Shown: positions 26,757 to 36,821 of the stretch, one piece after another
Layout of the letters: every line of letters begins with the position of its first letter
Numbering within the stretch: the stretch's first letter is position 1
Source of the DNA: Mogibacterium sp.
GTDB taxonomy: Bacteria; Bacillota; Clostridia; Peptostreptococcales; Anaerovoracaceae
NCBI GenBank assembly: GCA_017515425.1
Contig: JAFWFU010000031.1
Coordinates: forward strand, 581-64,580
Length of the DNA: 64,000 nt
Reading direction: 5' to 3'
The notes under the pieces: model-generated
The model's database searches: none
The model's input: the letters and a program-made list of their open reading frames with translations, nothing else
Told to the model about the DNA's origin: nothing
Position numbers and translations under genes: made by a program

Positions 26757-29177
26757 ATGAATATTTCGATTAAATTCCTGGAAAGATATATCAATCTTCC
26801 AAAAGAACTTACATATGAGAAGATAGCTTATGACCTCACTATGAGAACCGTAGAGGTCGAAGAAGTAATCAATACGGCAGATAAATTCCACGATATAGTC
26901 GTCGGTGAGATTAAAGAGGTAAGATCACATCCAAATGCCGATACGCTCAGAATCTGCATGGTAGATGTAGGAGAAGGAGAGCTCAAGCAAATCGTATGCG
27001 GAGGTTCAAATCTTACCGCCGGACATAAGGTCTGCGTTGCAAAGCCGGGCTCTGAGGTCGTATGGCATGGAGAGGGAGAACCCGTTCTCCTCAAGGAAAC
27101 CAAGCTGAGGGGCGAGTCTTCGTACGGGATGATATGTTCACCGGGGGAAGTTTACCTCGGAGACATTATCGCCACAGAAGATGAAAGGGAGATAACAGAT
27201 TTTACAGAGCTCGGAATCGACTGCGAAATCGGACAGTCCGTCGCAGAAGTCATGGGCCTTGATGATGTAATCCTTGTAGTTGACAATAAATCTCTTTCCA
27301 ACAGACCCGATCTTTGGGGTCACTATGGAGTTGCAAGAGAGCTTGCCGCAATATACAAGTTGCCACTCAAAGAACTCGAAACAGCTCTTCCTGAGGGACT
27401 CCCTGAGTACAAAGTCACCATTGAAGAGCCTGACAGATGTCCGAGATTCACCGCTACAAAGATTGAAAATATACATGTCAAAGAATCACCTCAGTGGATG
27501 AAGACACTTATTGCTAATGCGGGCATGAGACCTATCAATGCTATAGTTGATATCACCAACTTCGTTCTCATGGCCGTGGGACAGCCTCAACACGCATATG
27601 ACAGCACTCATGTCCAAGGGGATGAGATTGTAGTCAGACTTGCAAAGGACGGAGAGCAGCTTCTTCTCCTCGATGAAAAAGATCTCGATCTGACTAATGA
27701 CCATCTGGTAATCTGCGATGCGGAGAATCCGCTCAATCTCGCGGGCATTAAAGGCGGTAAGGATGATTCCGTACTAGACAGCACCGAATCCATCATCCTT
27801 GAATGCGCGGTATTTACAGCACCGGGGATAAGAAGAACAACGGCATATTTTAATGAAAAAACTGACGCTGCTCTAAGGTATGAAAAAGGCATAGATACTC
27901 AGAGAGCGAATCTCGGAGTTAATATGGCACTTTCTCTCTTTAAGGAGATCTATCCGGAGTGCAGGATCACCGCGTTTACGGATTGCTATCCTATACAGAC
28001 TGAAAACGTAAAAATAGATATTACACAGGAGTTCCTCGACAGAAGACTCGGAGAAGTTCTTGAAAGATCTGAAATCATCGACATTCTAACGAGGCTGGGA
28101 TATGAGGTCGAGTTCGATAAGGGAACATATCATTGCATGGCTCCTACATGGAGATCTACAGGTGATGTTTCCATCCATGATGACATACTCGGAGATATCG
28201 CAAGGCTTATAGGTTATGAATACTTCAGGAAGCAGCCGCTGACGATTAGATTTGATTCTTCGGTAAATCAGGTTAAGGTTGATCTCGCGAGGAAGCTCAA
28301 GGAATATCTCGCGTTCAGATGTGGATTTAATGAGATCTTCACCTATCCTTGGGTTGATGAGAAATATATCCATGCTGCGGGAATAAAAGATGAAGAGACT
28401 GTTAAGCTCGCGACTCCGCCTTCGCCGGAGCAGGGAATGCTCAGATCATCTCTCATACCGGGTATGCTCGAATCCATAGTTGGAAATGAGAGATATTATG
28501 ACAAATTCTGCATATTCGAATCCGCACAGGTATTTGAGCCGGGCGAATATCACCCTTCGACAGAGGAAGAGACTCTCCCTGTTCACAGAAACTATCTGAC
28601 GGGCGCGGCAGCAGGTAGAGATGCGGCTTCGCTCTTCTATAGGGTGAAGGGTGCCGTTGAAAATATGGCAGGCTATTGTCATTTTGAAAAGCTTGAATTC
28701 GCTCAGAAAGAGAAGCCTTCATGGGCGGACGAAAAGGCGTGGCTCAATCTGATGAGTGGAGATACGAATGTAGGCTCGATAGGGCTTATATCCGTCGCTG
28801 CTCTCAGCAGTGCCGGAGTTAAGAACCTCAGCGGCGCAGCGTTTGAAATCGACACGGATAAGCTCATTCCTTATCCTTCGAGAACCAATGAATTCGAACA
28901 CCTTCCGCTCTATCCGCTGGTAGAACAGGATATGTCCGTCCTCGTAGACGAATCCGTAAAATGGGCGGATATAGAAGGCTCTATCGACAAAATGGTAAAG
29001 GAAGTAAGATTTGTCGAGGAATACCGCGGCAAGCAGATACCGGAAGGAAAGAAGTCTATAATGTTCCGCTATAAGATAGGTAATGATGACTCGACCATGA
29101 CATCCAAGCAGATAGAAAAGAAGATGGGCGCAATCATCAATGTCCTTCAAAAGAAGGTCGGAGCAGAGCTTCGATAG
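26757..29177 (+). CDS. pheT: Phenylalanine--tRNA ligase beta subunit
   Basis: tRNA-binding domain (HPNADTLRICMVDVG), B3/4, B5 and FDX-ACB domains. 806 aa. Immediately downstream of pheS. Confidence 0.95.
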   Translation: MNISIKFLERYINLPKELTYEKIAYDLTMRTVEVEEVINTADKFHDIVVGEIKEVRSHPNADTLRICMVDVGEGELKQIVCGGSNLTAGHKVCVAKPGSEVVWHGEGEPVLLKETKLRGESSYGMICSPGEVYLGDIIATEDEREITDFTELGIDCEIGQSVAEVMGLDDVILVVDNKSLSNRPDLWGHYGVARELAAIYKLPLKELETALPEGLPEYKVTIEEPDRCPRFTATKIENIHVKESPQWMKTLIANAGMRPINAIVDITNFVLMAVGQPQHAYDSTHVQGDEIVVRLAKDGEQLLLLDEKDLDLTNDHLVICDAENPLNLAGIKGGKDDSVLDSTESIILECAVFTAPGIRRTTAYFNEKTDAALRYEKGIDTQRANLGVNMALSLFKEIYPECRITAFTDCYPIQTENVKIDITQEFLDRRLGEVLERSEIIDILTRLGYEVEFDKGTYHCMAPTWRSTGDVSIHDDILGDIARLIGYEYFRKQPLTIRFDSSVNQVKVDLARKLKEYLAFRCGFNEIFTYPWVDEKYIHAAGIKDEETVKLATPPSPEQGMLRSSLIPGMLESIVGNERYYDKFCIFESAQVFEPGEYHPSTEEETLPVHRNYLTGAAAGRDAASLFYRVKGAVENMAGYCHFEKLEFAQKEKPSWADEKAWLNLMSGDTNVGSIGLISVAALSSAGVKNLSGAAFEIDTDKLIPYPSRTNEFEHLPLYPLVEQDMSVLVDESVKWADIEGSIDKMVKEVRFVEEYRGKQIPEGKKSIMFRYKIGNDDSTMTSKQIEKKMGAIINVLQKKVGAELR

Positions 29178-29189
29178 AAAGTTCCAACG

Positions 29190-29224
29190 ATAGCAACTTT
29201 CACCTCTAAGGTGGAGGTTGCTAT
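29190..29224. terminator. Bidirectional hairpin between the convergent pheT and rluD-like genes
   Basis: About 15 bp of stem: ATAGCAACTTTCACC (29190-29204) pairs with GGTGGAGGTTGCTAT (29210-29224), including G-U pairs. It overlaps the stop codon of the minus-strand gene. Confidence 0.65.
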
Positions 29225-30132
29225 TTATAATACATTCCCAGAGCCTGCAATATATCGCCGGGGATGGGACTTTTAAAGGACATACGCTCTCCCGTATGAG
29301 GATGATCGAATTCGATATAATATGCGTGAAGGGCTTGGCGGTTTATGAGATCAGAGCTGCCGCCATAGAGCTCGTCACCCGCAATGGGATGACCGATATG
29401 GGAGAGGTGCACCCTTATCTGATGAGTTCTTCCTGTATGGAGCTTTACGAGCAGAAGGCTATGCGTTTTATGATCCGCATATTCGTAGTAGTCGATAAGC
29501 TCAAATTCGGAAGAGGCGTCCTTTCCGCCTTCGTCTATGCTCATTACAGTTCGTTGGATAGATACTTCACCGGGTCTGCCTATGGGCTCGTTGACGAAAA
29601 AATGCTCTTCCGCTGCGGCGCCTTCTGTGAGGGCGATATAGTTCTTGACGACTCTGCCTTTCCTCATCTGCAGCGAAAGCTCGTTTTGGGCATTTGAATT
29701 CTTCGCAACTATGATGATACCTGAGGTGTCCATATCAATGCGGTTGGCAAATCGGATCTTAAAGGACTGCCCGCTTTCAAGCATATATTTCATAAGGGCA
29801 TTTGCTATGGTGTGATTGGGATGTCCCTTGGTGGGGTGAACTATAATGCCGGGCTGCTTGTTGATGATAATAATATCGTCATCTTCGTAAATTATTTCGA
29901 TAGGAATATCCTCGGGCTCGAAGTCGCTCATTTCCTCTGGCAGACGAACCGCAATAATATCACCGACCTCAGGCTTTATATATCCTTTAGTCGGTGTTCC
30001 GTTCAGATCTACCAAGGATTGATATTTCATCTTGGTCTTAAAGCGCACTGAGAATTTATAATTGGCGCGGAGTATCTGATTTACGGTCATGCCTAATTCT
30101 TCATCTTTTACTATATGTTCGTATTTTGACAT
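29221..30132 (-). CDS. RluA-family 23S rRNA pseudouridine synthase (RluD-like, with S4 domain)
   Basis: HRIDMDTSGIIIVAK catalytic Asp motif and HQIRVHLSHIGHPIAGD. Confidence 0.9.
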   Translation of the reverse strand: MSKYEHIVKDEELGMTVNQILRANYKFSVRFKTKMKYQSLVDLNGTPTKGYIKPEVGDIIAVRLPEEMSDFEPEDIPIEIIYEDDDIIIINKQPGIIVHPTKGHPNHTIANALMKYMLESGQSFKIRFANRIDMDTSGIIIVAKNSNAQNELSLQMRKGRVVKNYIALTEGAAAEEHFFVNEPIGRPGEVSIQRTVMSIDEGGKDASSEFELIDYYEYADHKTHSLLLVKLHTGRTHQIRVHLSHIGHPIAGDELYGGSSDLINRQALHAYYIEFDHPHTGERMSFKSPIPGDILQALGMYYK

Positions 30133-30157
30133 TTATATCTGGTTCGTATCTTGAAAT

Positions 30158-30961
30158 TTATAAAAGCTTACTGCTGAGCATATTCCAATAGTCATAGCTG
30201 GTCTGTCTTATCAGATGAATCTCGCTCTCATCCTGTCTTATCTCAATATGGGAAACATTGTTGAATTCATGCGTCCTTCCGTCAAATGACAGAAGAATGG
30301 CGCCGCCCGTGCTCCGTCCGTTGCCGCGAATCGTCACAACATCAGTGGCGGGGAGGAGTATGCTAGATTTAAAACACCTATAAGCATTGGTATTCATGGG
30401 CGCTATGGGCGTGAGCTGGAGGACGTTCAAATCAGGCGATACGAGAGAGCCACCGAGCGAATAATTATATGCCGTAGAGCCTACTGCGGTAGCCACGAGA
30501 ATTCCGTCTCCTGAAAAATCCTGAATCTTGGTCTCGTCGATAAAGACGGAGAAATGCGAGCTATGCGAATATGTACCGCGCACGACTATTTCATTAACGC
30601 CTATTCTTGTAAAATCCCTGTCTCTCGCGAAAATCTTTGCGGAAACGGGCTTGATATTCTGAATGGTATAATTGCCGTTCTCAATATCCTCGATAGTCTT
30701 TTCGAGATTGCGGGCAGAGGACTCCTGGAAAAAGCCGAGATGCCCCGTATTTATCCCGAGAATAGGAACGGAAGGGAAATTGCATTTGTGAACGAAGGAA
30801 AGGAAGGTGCCGTCACCACCTATGCAGATAAGCAGTGTGGCGTCTTCGCTGTATTCATTCAAAACTATATGTCCGCGTTTGCTCAGTATTTCCTTGAGGC
30901 TCTCATATGCTGCTATTGAAGTGTTCTTTCTATTGCAAAATACAAATATTCTATGTGACAT
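30158..30961 (-). CDS. nadK: NAD kinase
   Basis: GGDGTFL motif, NTGHLGF and STAYNYSLGG motifs. Confidence 0.92.
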   Translation of the reverse strand: MSHRIFVFCNRKNTSIAAYESLKEILSKRGHIVLNEYSEDATLLICIGGDGTFLSFVHKCNFPSVPILGINTGHLGFFQESSARNLEKTIEDIENGNYTIQNIKPVSAKIFARDRDFTRIGVNEIVVRGTYSHSSHFSVFIDETKIQDFSGDGILVATAVGSTAYNYSLGGSLVSPDLNVLQLTPIAPMNTNAYRCFKSSILLPATDVVTIRGNGRSTGGAILLSFDGRTHEFNNVSHIEIRQDESEIHLIRQTSYDYWNMLSSKLL

Positions 30962-31047
30962 AATCTTCTCTCAGTGTTCAAATTTTACGGTCTCTATGCT
31001 ATAATATTCACTCGGAATTATATCATAAGAACATATTTTTTACGATA

Positions 31048-31557
31048 ATGGATAGGGAAAGATTATTAAAAAAATTGGATTTGGAAAGTCCTGAGGAATA
31101 CAGCTATTACGAGAATTTTGAAGCCTTGATTGAAGAAGAAGAGCATATTGAAGAGGCATTGATAAGGGAGATTATCGCCGCGGCGGATTCGGAGCTTCTC
31201 TCAGAGCATATAAATAATTTCTTCGACGCATTCCAATCCAATATACCTGATGAAGAAAAGGAGCTGTTTTTAACAGTCGAAGCCTTTAAAAACAATATGA
31301 GCATTTCTCCTTCGTCGGATTTGGACGAGGAAGCAATATCGAAGATCAGCTCCGAGATATATGCATTCAGAAAATGGTATGTCATAGAACATCATGCTAG
31401 GGACGAAGACTCGGGAGAGGATATAAGCGTCAGAGATGCGAGATATGAGATAGCAGCGGCAAAGCTGCTCGGCGAAGAGATAAGCATTGACTTCGGAAGG
31501 GCTGTTTTAAGCGGGCCGGACGCATATGAGGTGAGGATCAGAGATATTATCGAATGA
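31048..31557 (+). CDS. Hypothetical, strongly acidic 169-aa protein, translationally coupled to dgt
   Basis: Clean ORF whose stop overlaps the dgt start (ATGA). I recognised no family motif. About a quarter of the residues are Asp or Glu by eye. Confidence 0.6.
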   Translation: MDRERLLKKLDLESPEEYSYYENFEALIEEEEHIEEALIREIIAAADSELLSEHINNFFDAFQSNIPDEEKELFLTVEAFKNNMSISPSSDLDEEAISKISSEIYAFRKWYVIEHHARDEDSGEDISVRDARYEIAAAKLLGEEISIDFGRAVLSGPDAYEVRIRDIIE

Positions 31558-32570
31558 TAAAGAGAAGGGATATAGAGAAAAGAGAATCTGAAATACTTTC
31601 ACAGAAGGCTTGCAGGGCTATAGACTCCAGGGGGAGGGTTTACGAGGAAGAGCCATGTGAATACATGACAGTATTTCAAAGAGATAGGGATAGGATAACT
31701 CATTCGAAAGCCTTCAGGAGACTAATGCATAAGACTCAGGTTTTCCTGGCTCCCGAAGGAGATCACTATCGCACGAGGCTTACGCATACGCTTGAGGTCG
31801 CTCAGGTTTCGAGGACGGTCGCAAGAATACTCGGATATAATGAGGATTTGACTGAGGCTATAGCGCTCGGACATGATCTTGGGCATACTCCCTTCGGGCA
31901 TGTCGGGGAGGCAGTTCTCAACAAGATATATCCCGGCGGATTTACACATAATGAGCAGAGCCTGAGGACTGTTGACGTCATAGAAGATACGCCAAAGAGA
32001 AGGGGGCTCAATCTCACATACGAGGTAAGGGACGGAATACTCAATCACAGAGGAGAGGGGATTCCATTCACCCTAGAAGGGCAGATAGTAAAGATCTGCG
32101 ATAGGATTGCCTATGTCAACCACGATATTGATGACGCAATCAGAAGCGGCGTGATAAACAAAGACAGCCTGCCGTCTGATGAGATAAGGCTGCTCGGTGA
32201 CAGTCATAGCGAGAGGATAAACAATCTAATAGTCAATCTATGCAGCAATAGTGAGGGAAAGGATTTGATAGCTCTTTCGGAGGAGTATTCCGCAGCGCTT
32301 AGCAGTCTGAGGACATATATGTTCATCAATGTATATAATTCGCAGGAAGTTCGGAATACTTCGGATTTGAACAAGGTGGAGCTGATTATCACTTCGCTTT
32401 ATAACTATTTTCTCGGGCATCCGGCTGAGATCCCGGGCATTTATAAGGAAATAGAGCATGAGGAAGGCATTCATGCGGCGGTTAAGGATCTTATATCGGG
32501 TATGACGGATAGATATGCGCTTAACCTCTATGATGATTTATTTCTTCCTAAGAGTTGGAGGCAGCTTTGA
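31554..32570 (+). CDS. dgt: dGTP triphosphohydrolase-like HD-domain protein
   Basis: RDRDRITHSKAFRRLMHKTQVF, RTRLTHTLEVAQVSR and GHDLGHTPFGH motifs. Confidence 0.9.
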   Translation: MIKRRDIEKRESEILSQKACRAIDSRGRVYEEEPCEYMTVFQRDRDRITHSKAFRRLMHKTQVFLAPEGDHYRTRLTHTLEVAQVSRTVARILGYNEDLTEAIALGHDLGHTPFGHVGEAVLNKIYPGGFTHNEQSLRTVDVIEDTPKRRGLNLTYEVRDGILNHRGEGIPFTLEGQIVKICDRIAYVNHDIDDAIRSGVINKDSLPSDEIRLLGDSHSERINNLIVNLCSNSEGKDLIALSEEYSAALSSLRTYMFINVYNSQEVRNTSDLNKVELIITSLYNYFLGHPAEIPGIYKEIEHEEGIHAAVKDLISGMTDRYALNLYDDLFLPKSWRQL

Positions 32571-32573
32571 TTT

Positions 32574-34355
32574 ATGGCATTCGAAAATTCCATAGATGAT
32601 ATAAAACAGCAGCTTAATATCGTTGATGTAATCGGAAGAGAGGTCAGGCTTAAAAGAAGCGGAGTCAGATATATGGGACTCTGCCCCTTCCACAATGAAA
32701 AGACGCCTTCCTTTTCGGTAAATGAGGAAATGCAGTTTTTCCACTGTTTCGGCTGCGGCAGGAGCGGAGATGTAGTCCACTTCATAATGTATTATTATAA
32801 GCTGCCATTTCTCGAAGCCGTGGACAAGCTCTGTACGGACTATGGAATTAAAAAGCCCGAGTGGAACAGCCGTGCACCTAAGATAGACTATGACAGGTAT
32901 TATGCTATCAATGCCAAGGCAGCGAGGTTTTACTACAACTGTCTCGGCAAGGTGCCGAACAAAGGAATAGCCTATCTTACTTCAAGAGGGCTTAAAAAGG
33001 AGACCATTACCAGCTTCGGGCTCGGCTATGCGCCGCCGGGCGGAACGGCTTTGACGGATTATCTGAGATCCGAAGGAGCAAGTGACGAAGAGCTCATTAA
33101 AATCGGGCTCTCGAACAAAGGGAATCGCGGTCTGTATGATAAATTCAGAGACAGGGTGATATTCCCCATAATAAATACCAGCGAAAAGGTGATAGGATTC
33201 GGGGGAAGGGCTATCGGAGATGGAATTCCCAAATACCTCAATTCGCCCGAAAGTGAAATCTTTCTGAAAAAAAACAATCTCTTCGGGCTGAATCTCAGCA
33301 GAAAAGAGATAGCTGACGAAGATAGAGCCATTATCGTCGAAGGATATATGGATCTAATATCTCTCTATCAGGCGGGAATAAAGAATGTCGTTGCATCCCT
33401 CGGAACTGCTCTGACGGATAACCAGGCAAAGCTCCTATGCAGATATTCGAAGAATATCGTCCTCTCTTATGACTCCGACGAAGCGGGCATAAAGGCTGCA
33501 TTGAGAGGGATTTCTGTCTTGCAGGCGGCAGGCGGCAAGGTCAGGGTGATGAATATCACTGACGGAAAAGACCCTGATGACTTCGTAAAAAAACATGGAA
33601 GGGAAGGCTTTTACAAACTCGTAGAGAGAGCCCTCCCTGCCACGGACTATAGGCTGAGACTCGCTGCGAGAGGGCTCAATCTGAAAGACGACAGAGAGGT
33701 GCTTGACTATATTGAAAGGGTGGTGCCGATTCTTAGAAGCGTCGGGCCCGTAGAACAGGATATATATATCAGGAAGCTGTCGGAGCAATTCGGCATTTCA
33801 GAACATGCAATATCCTTAGCCGTCAATTCGGATAATGAAGGGAAGAGAGCCGAGGGCAGTAATAGGACAGCGGCAGTAAGGAGATGGGATATTAGACAGG
33901 ATCAAAACCTGCTGGAGAGGGTTGAAATATCCTTCCTCATGCTGGCTACGACTGACTATAGATATTTAAACAGATTTGCCGAGGACGGAATCATATTCAG
34001 GACGGCTTTGGCTGAAAAAATAAAGAAGGCGGCGGAGTCTCTTGCTTCAAATATCAAGCCCGGGAACATCGGTATAGAGGCGGCTGAAATAGCCAGGCTG
34101 CTCGAACCAGATGATGAGGCTGCATTTTCTAAATACCTGTCTACGATAAAGATAGGCAGTGATGACGAAGCCTTCTACAAGCAGACGAAGGCGGGATATT
34201 TCATAAATAATTACAGAGTCAGAAAGTCAGAGCTGCAAAGCGAATTGGCTGTTGCCGAAAAGCTCGGCAATATAGATGAAATCGAAAGAATCGCAGCGAA
34301 TTTGATAGATATAGATACACAAATCAATATATTAACGGAGGAAAGCAATGGCTAG
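32574..34355 (+). CDS. dnaG: DNA primase
   Basis: Zinc ribbon ([13 protein letters not shown]…FHCFGCG), TOPRIM domain ([18 protein letters not shown]). Confidence 0.95.
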   Translation: MAFENSIDDIKQQLNIVDVIGREVRLKRSGVRYMGLCPFHNEKTPSFSVNEEMQFFHCFGCGRSGDVVHFIMYYYKLPFLEAVDKLCTDYGIKKPEWNSRAPKIDYDRYYAINAKAARFYYNCLGKVPNKGIAYLTSRGLKKETITSFGLGYAPPGGTALTDYLRSEGASDEELIKIGLSNKGNRGLYDKFRDRVIFPIINTSEKVIGFGGRAIGDGIPKYLNSPESEIFLKKNNLFGLNLSRKEIADEDRAIIVEGYMDLISLYQAGIKNVVASLGTALTDNQAKLLCRYSKNIVLSYDSDEAGIKAALRGISVLQAAGGKVRVMNITDGKDPDDFVKKHGREGFYKLVERALPATDYRLRLAARGLNLKDDREVLDYIERVVPILRSVGPVEQDIYIRKLSEQFGISEHAISLAVNSDNEGKRAEGSNRTAAVRRWDIRQDQNLLERVEISFLMLATTDYRYLNRFAEDGIIFRTALAEKIKKAAESLASNIKPGNIGIEAAEIARLLEPDDEAAFSKYLSTIKIGSDDEAFYKQTKAGYFINNYRVRKSELQSELAVAEKLGNIDEIERIAANLIDIDTQINILTEESNG

Positions 34356-35631
34356 AAAAAAAGCGTCAGAGCCTGTTTTGGATATTGCAGATATGCATGA
34401 TGATTTGGCTCAGGATATTCCCGAGGAAGAAATCATTTCGGAGATGAGCAAAGTGGAGGAGCTCGCTTCTAATATCATAGAAACGGCAAGGTCATTTGGG
34501 AACGAGATAACCTATGGCGAAATCAACTCTATGCTTGCCGAAGGCAATCTCGACAAGGATATTCTCGAAGAGATTTATGATACCTTAGAGAGTAAGGGAA
34601 TCAGCATACTCGAGACGAGAGAGCCGACCACGCATGAGCTTGAGGACGGCGAAGCTGATGACTACGATGACGACGATCTCCTCGACATCGAGGATTTGGA
34701 AGAGGAGGACGACCTCTTAAACGACGAAGAGGATGAGAAGAAGAGCGGAGTTGTAATCAAGCCGAGCGGCGAAATCGAGGTAAGCGATAATGCCAGGAAT
34801 ATCCCTACCGACGATCCCGTAAGGATGTATTTCAAGGAGATTGGAAAGGTGCCTCTCCTAACAGCAGAAGAGGAGAGGGAGCTTGCCATAAGAATCGAGC
34901 AGGGCGACGAGGAAGCCAAGAAGAAGCTCTGCGAGAGCAATCTCAGATTGGTAGTTTCCATAGCGAGGAGATATTTAAACAGAGGGCTGTCGTTCCTTGA
35001 TTTGATTCAGGAAGGCAATCTCGGACTGATAAAAGCCGTGGAGAAATTCGACTATACGAAGGGCTATAAATTCTCTACATATGCTACATGGTGGATAAGA
35101 CAGGCTATTACGAGGTCTATCGCAGACCAAGCCAGAACTATCAGAATTCCGGTTCATATGGTCGAGACTATCAACAAGCTTATAAGGATTTCACGCCAAC
35201 TCCTCCAGGAATACGGGCGCGAGCCGACCTCTGAGGAAATAGCAGAGGAAATGGGTATCACCGTTGAAAAAGTCCGTGAGATTAAGAAAATCAGCCAGGA
35301 TCCCGTATCTCTTGAGACACCAATAGGAGAGGAAGAGGACAGTCATCTCGGTGACTTCATACCTGATGAGGATATTCCGTCTCCCGTGGAGGCTGCAGCC
35401 TATTCTATGCTGCAAAAGCAACTGAGAGAGGTTCTTGACACCCTGTCCGAAAGGGAGAAGAAGGTTCTTATACTCAGATTCGGGCTTGATGACGGACGCC
35501 CACGCACACTTGAAGAGGTCGGAAAAGAATTCAATGTAACCCGCGAGAGAATTCGTCAGATAGAAGCGAAGGCTCTGAGAAAGCTCAGACATCCGAGCAG
35601 GAGCAAGAAGCTGAAAGACTATCTCGAATAA
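34348..35631 (+). CDS. sigA: Primary RNA polymerase sigma factor (sigma-70/SigA)
   Basis: Acidic region 1, region 2 ([15 protein letters not shown]), region 4 ([20 protein letters not shown]). The gene overlaps the end of dnaG. Confidence 0.95.
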   Translation: MARKKASEPVLDIADMHDDLAQDIPEEEIISEMSKVEELASNIIETARSFGNEITYGEINSMLAEGNLDKDILEEIYDTLESKGISILETREPTTHELEDGEADDYDDDDLLDIEDLEEEDDLLNDEEDEKKSGVVIKPSGEIEVSDNARNIPTDDPVRMYFKEIGKVPLLTAEEERELAIRIEQGDEEAKKKLCESNLRLVVSIARRYLNRGLSFLDLIQEGNLGLIKAVEKFDYTKGYKFSTYATWWIRQAITRSIADQARTIRIPVHMVETINKLIRISRQLLQEYGREPTSEEIAEEMGITVEKVREIKKISQDPVSLETPIGEEEDSHLGDFIPDEDIPSPVEAAAYSMLQKQLREVLDTLSEREKKVLILRFGLDDGRPRTLEEVGKEFNVTRERIRQIEAKALRKLRHPSRSKKLKDYLE

Positions 35632-35690
35632 TATCTATTAGATATGTCTGTATACTACGGTATATATTTTGTGATATTGAAGGACATGGA

Positions 35691-36392
35691 ATGAGATTAA
35701 GTAAAAGGATTTATGCTTTATCTGAATTAGTGCAGCAGGGGGCTGCTGTTGCTGATATAGGGACGGATCATGGATACGTCCCTATGCTTTTAGTCAAAAA
35801 TGGAATTAGCCCTAGGGTCATCATGTCGGATATAAGCGAAGGCTCTCTCGCAAAGGCCAGGGAGACCTTTGCCATAGCGGGAATTCATATTGATGAGGCT
35901 GATTTCAGAGTCGGCGACGGGCTTTCTACTATCGGAAAATCAGAAGTGGATGAGATTATAGTCGCGGGTCTCGGTGGTCATACCATAGTGGATATACTTG
36001 AGGCTGATGAGGAAAAGACCAAGAGCTTTAAGGAGCTCATACTCCAGCCGAGGAAGCATTCTGGGGCGCTGAGGCATTATCTCTATACCCACGGCTGGGA
36101 CATCATAGATGAGGTATTATCCAAAGAGGGTAAATTCGAATGCGAGATAATCACGGCGAAAACCTCTCTATATGAACGCCGCGAGGAATGTTATCCCGAG
36201 GACGATATAAGGTGGAAATATCCGAGAAAAATGGCTGAGTCGAATACTGAACTTGCGAGATCGAGGATCGAATGGAAGATAAGCAGCATAGATGAGCAGA
36301 TTGAAAATCTCAGACGAAGCAGCAGGGATAGGGACGATTTAATCGTGAAGCTTGAAGCTGATAAGGAATACCTCAGGGATTTAATACTATAG
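35691..36392 (+). CDS. trmK: tRNA (adenine22-N1)-methyltransferase TrmK
   Basis: ADIGTDHGYVP SAM motif and a coiled-coil C-terminus. It sits downstream of sigA, as in Bacillus. Confidence 0.85.
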   Translation: MRLSKRIYALSELVQQGAAVADIGTDHGYVPMLLVKNGISPRVIMSDISEGSLAKARETFAIAGIHIDEADFRVGDGLSTIGKSEVDEIIVAGLGGHTIVDILEADEEKTKSFKELILQPRKHSGALRHYLYTHGWDIIDEVLSKEGKFECEIITAKTSLYERREECYPEDDIRWKYPRKMAESNTELARSRIEWKISSIDEQIENLRRSSRDRDDLIVKLEADKEYLRDLIL

Positions 36393-36415
36393 GCTGAGAT
36401 TTCACAGAATTTTCA

Positions 36416-36443
36416 TTGATAAAAAACAAAAAAGGTCTATAAT
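36416..36443 (+). promoter_or_regulatory. Candidate promoter for rnpB (TTGATA, 16-nt spacer, TATAAT)
   Basis: TTGATA at 36416-36421 and TATAAT at 36438-36443, about 15 nt upstream of the predicted P1 helix. Confidence 0.5.
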
Positions 36444-36457
36444 TCAATAGTAATTTT

Positions 36458-36799
36458 CGGGTAGACCAGACAATCGCGTGTCGCAGGACATGAGGAAAGT
36501 CCGGGCTCCATAGGGCAAGGATGACGGATAACGTCCGCCGCAGGTAACTGTAGGGAAAGTGCAACAGAAACATACCGCCGAAACGGATAATGCCGTGGTA
36601 AGGTTGAAATGGTGAGGTAAGAGCTCACCGGGGCTGTGGAGACATAGCTGCCGTGTAAACCCCATCCGGAGCAAGACTAAGAAGGGCATATGGTGGTGCT
36701 GCCCGTACCCGCCCGTAGGTAAGTCGCATGACGCCGGAGGCAACTTCGGTGCTAGATGGATGATTGTCTAATACAGAACCCGGCTTACGGTCTGCCCGG
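36458..36799 (+). ncRNA. rnpB: RNase P RNA (bacterial type A-like)
   Basis: Universal GAGGAAAGTCCGGGCTCCATAGGGCA block, AGGGAAAGTGCAACAGAAA and the 3' ACAGAACCCGGCTTA block. P1 pairing of CGGGTAGACC (36458-36467) with GGTCTGCCCG (36789-36798), followed by a T tract. Confidence 0.93.
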
Positions 36800-36821
36800 T
36801 TTTTTATTATAAGGAAAATGT

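Noticed and set aside
29218-29697. 159-aa plus-strand ORF opposite the rluD-like gene
   Set aside because: The minus-strand frame carries clear RluA-family motifs (HRIDMDTSG, HQIRVHL), while the plus-strand frame has none.
36373-36743. Three overlapping minus-strand ORFs (62-99 aa) between trmK and the activase gene
   Set aside because: The region is the RNase P RNA gene (GAGGAAAGTCCGGGC… and ACAGAACCCGGCTTA blocks on the plus strand). These ORFs are artefacts of a GC-rich structured RNA.
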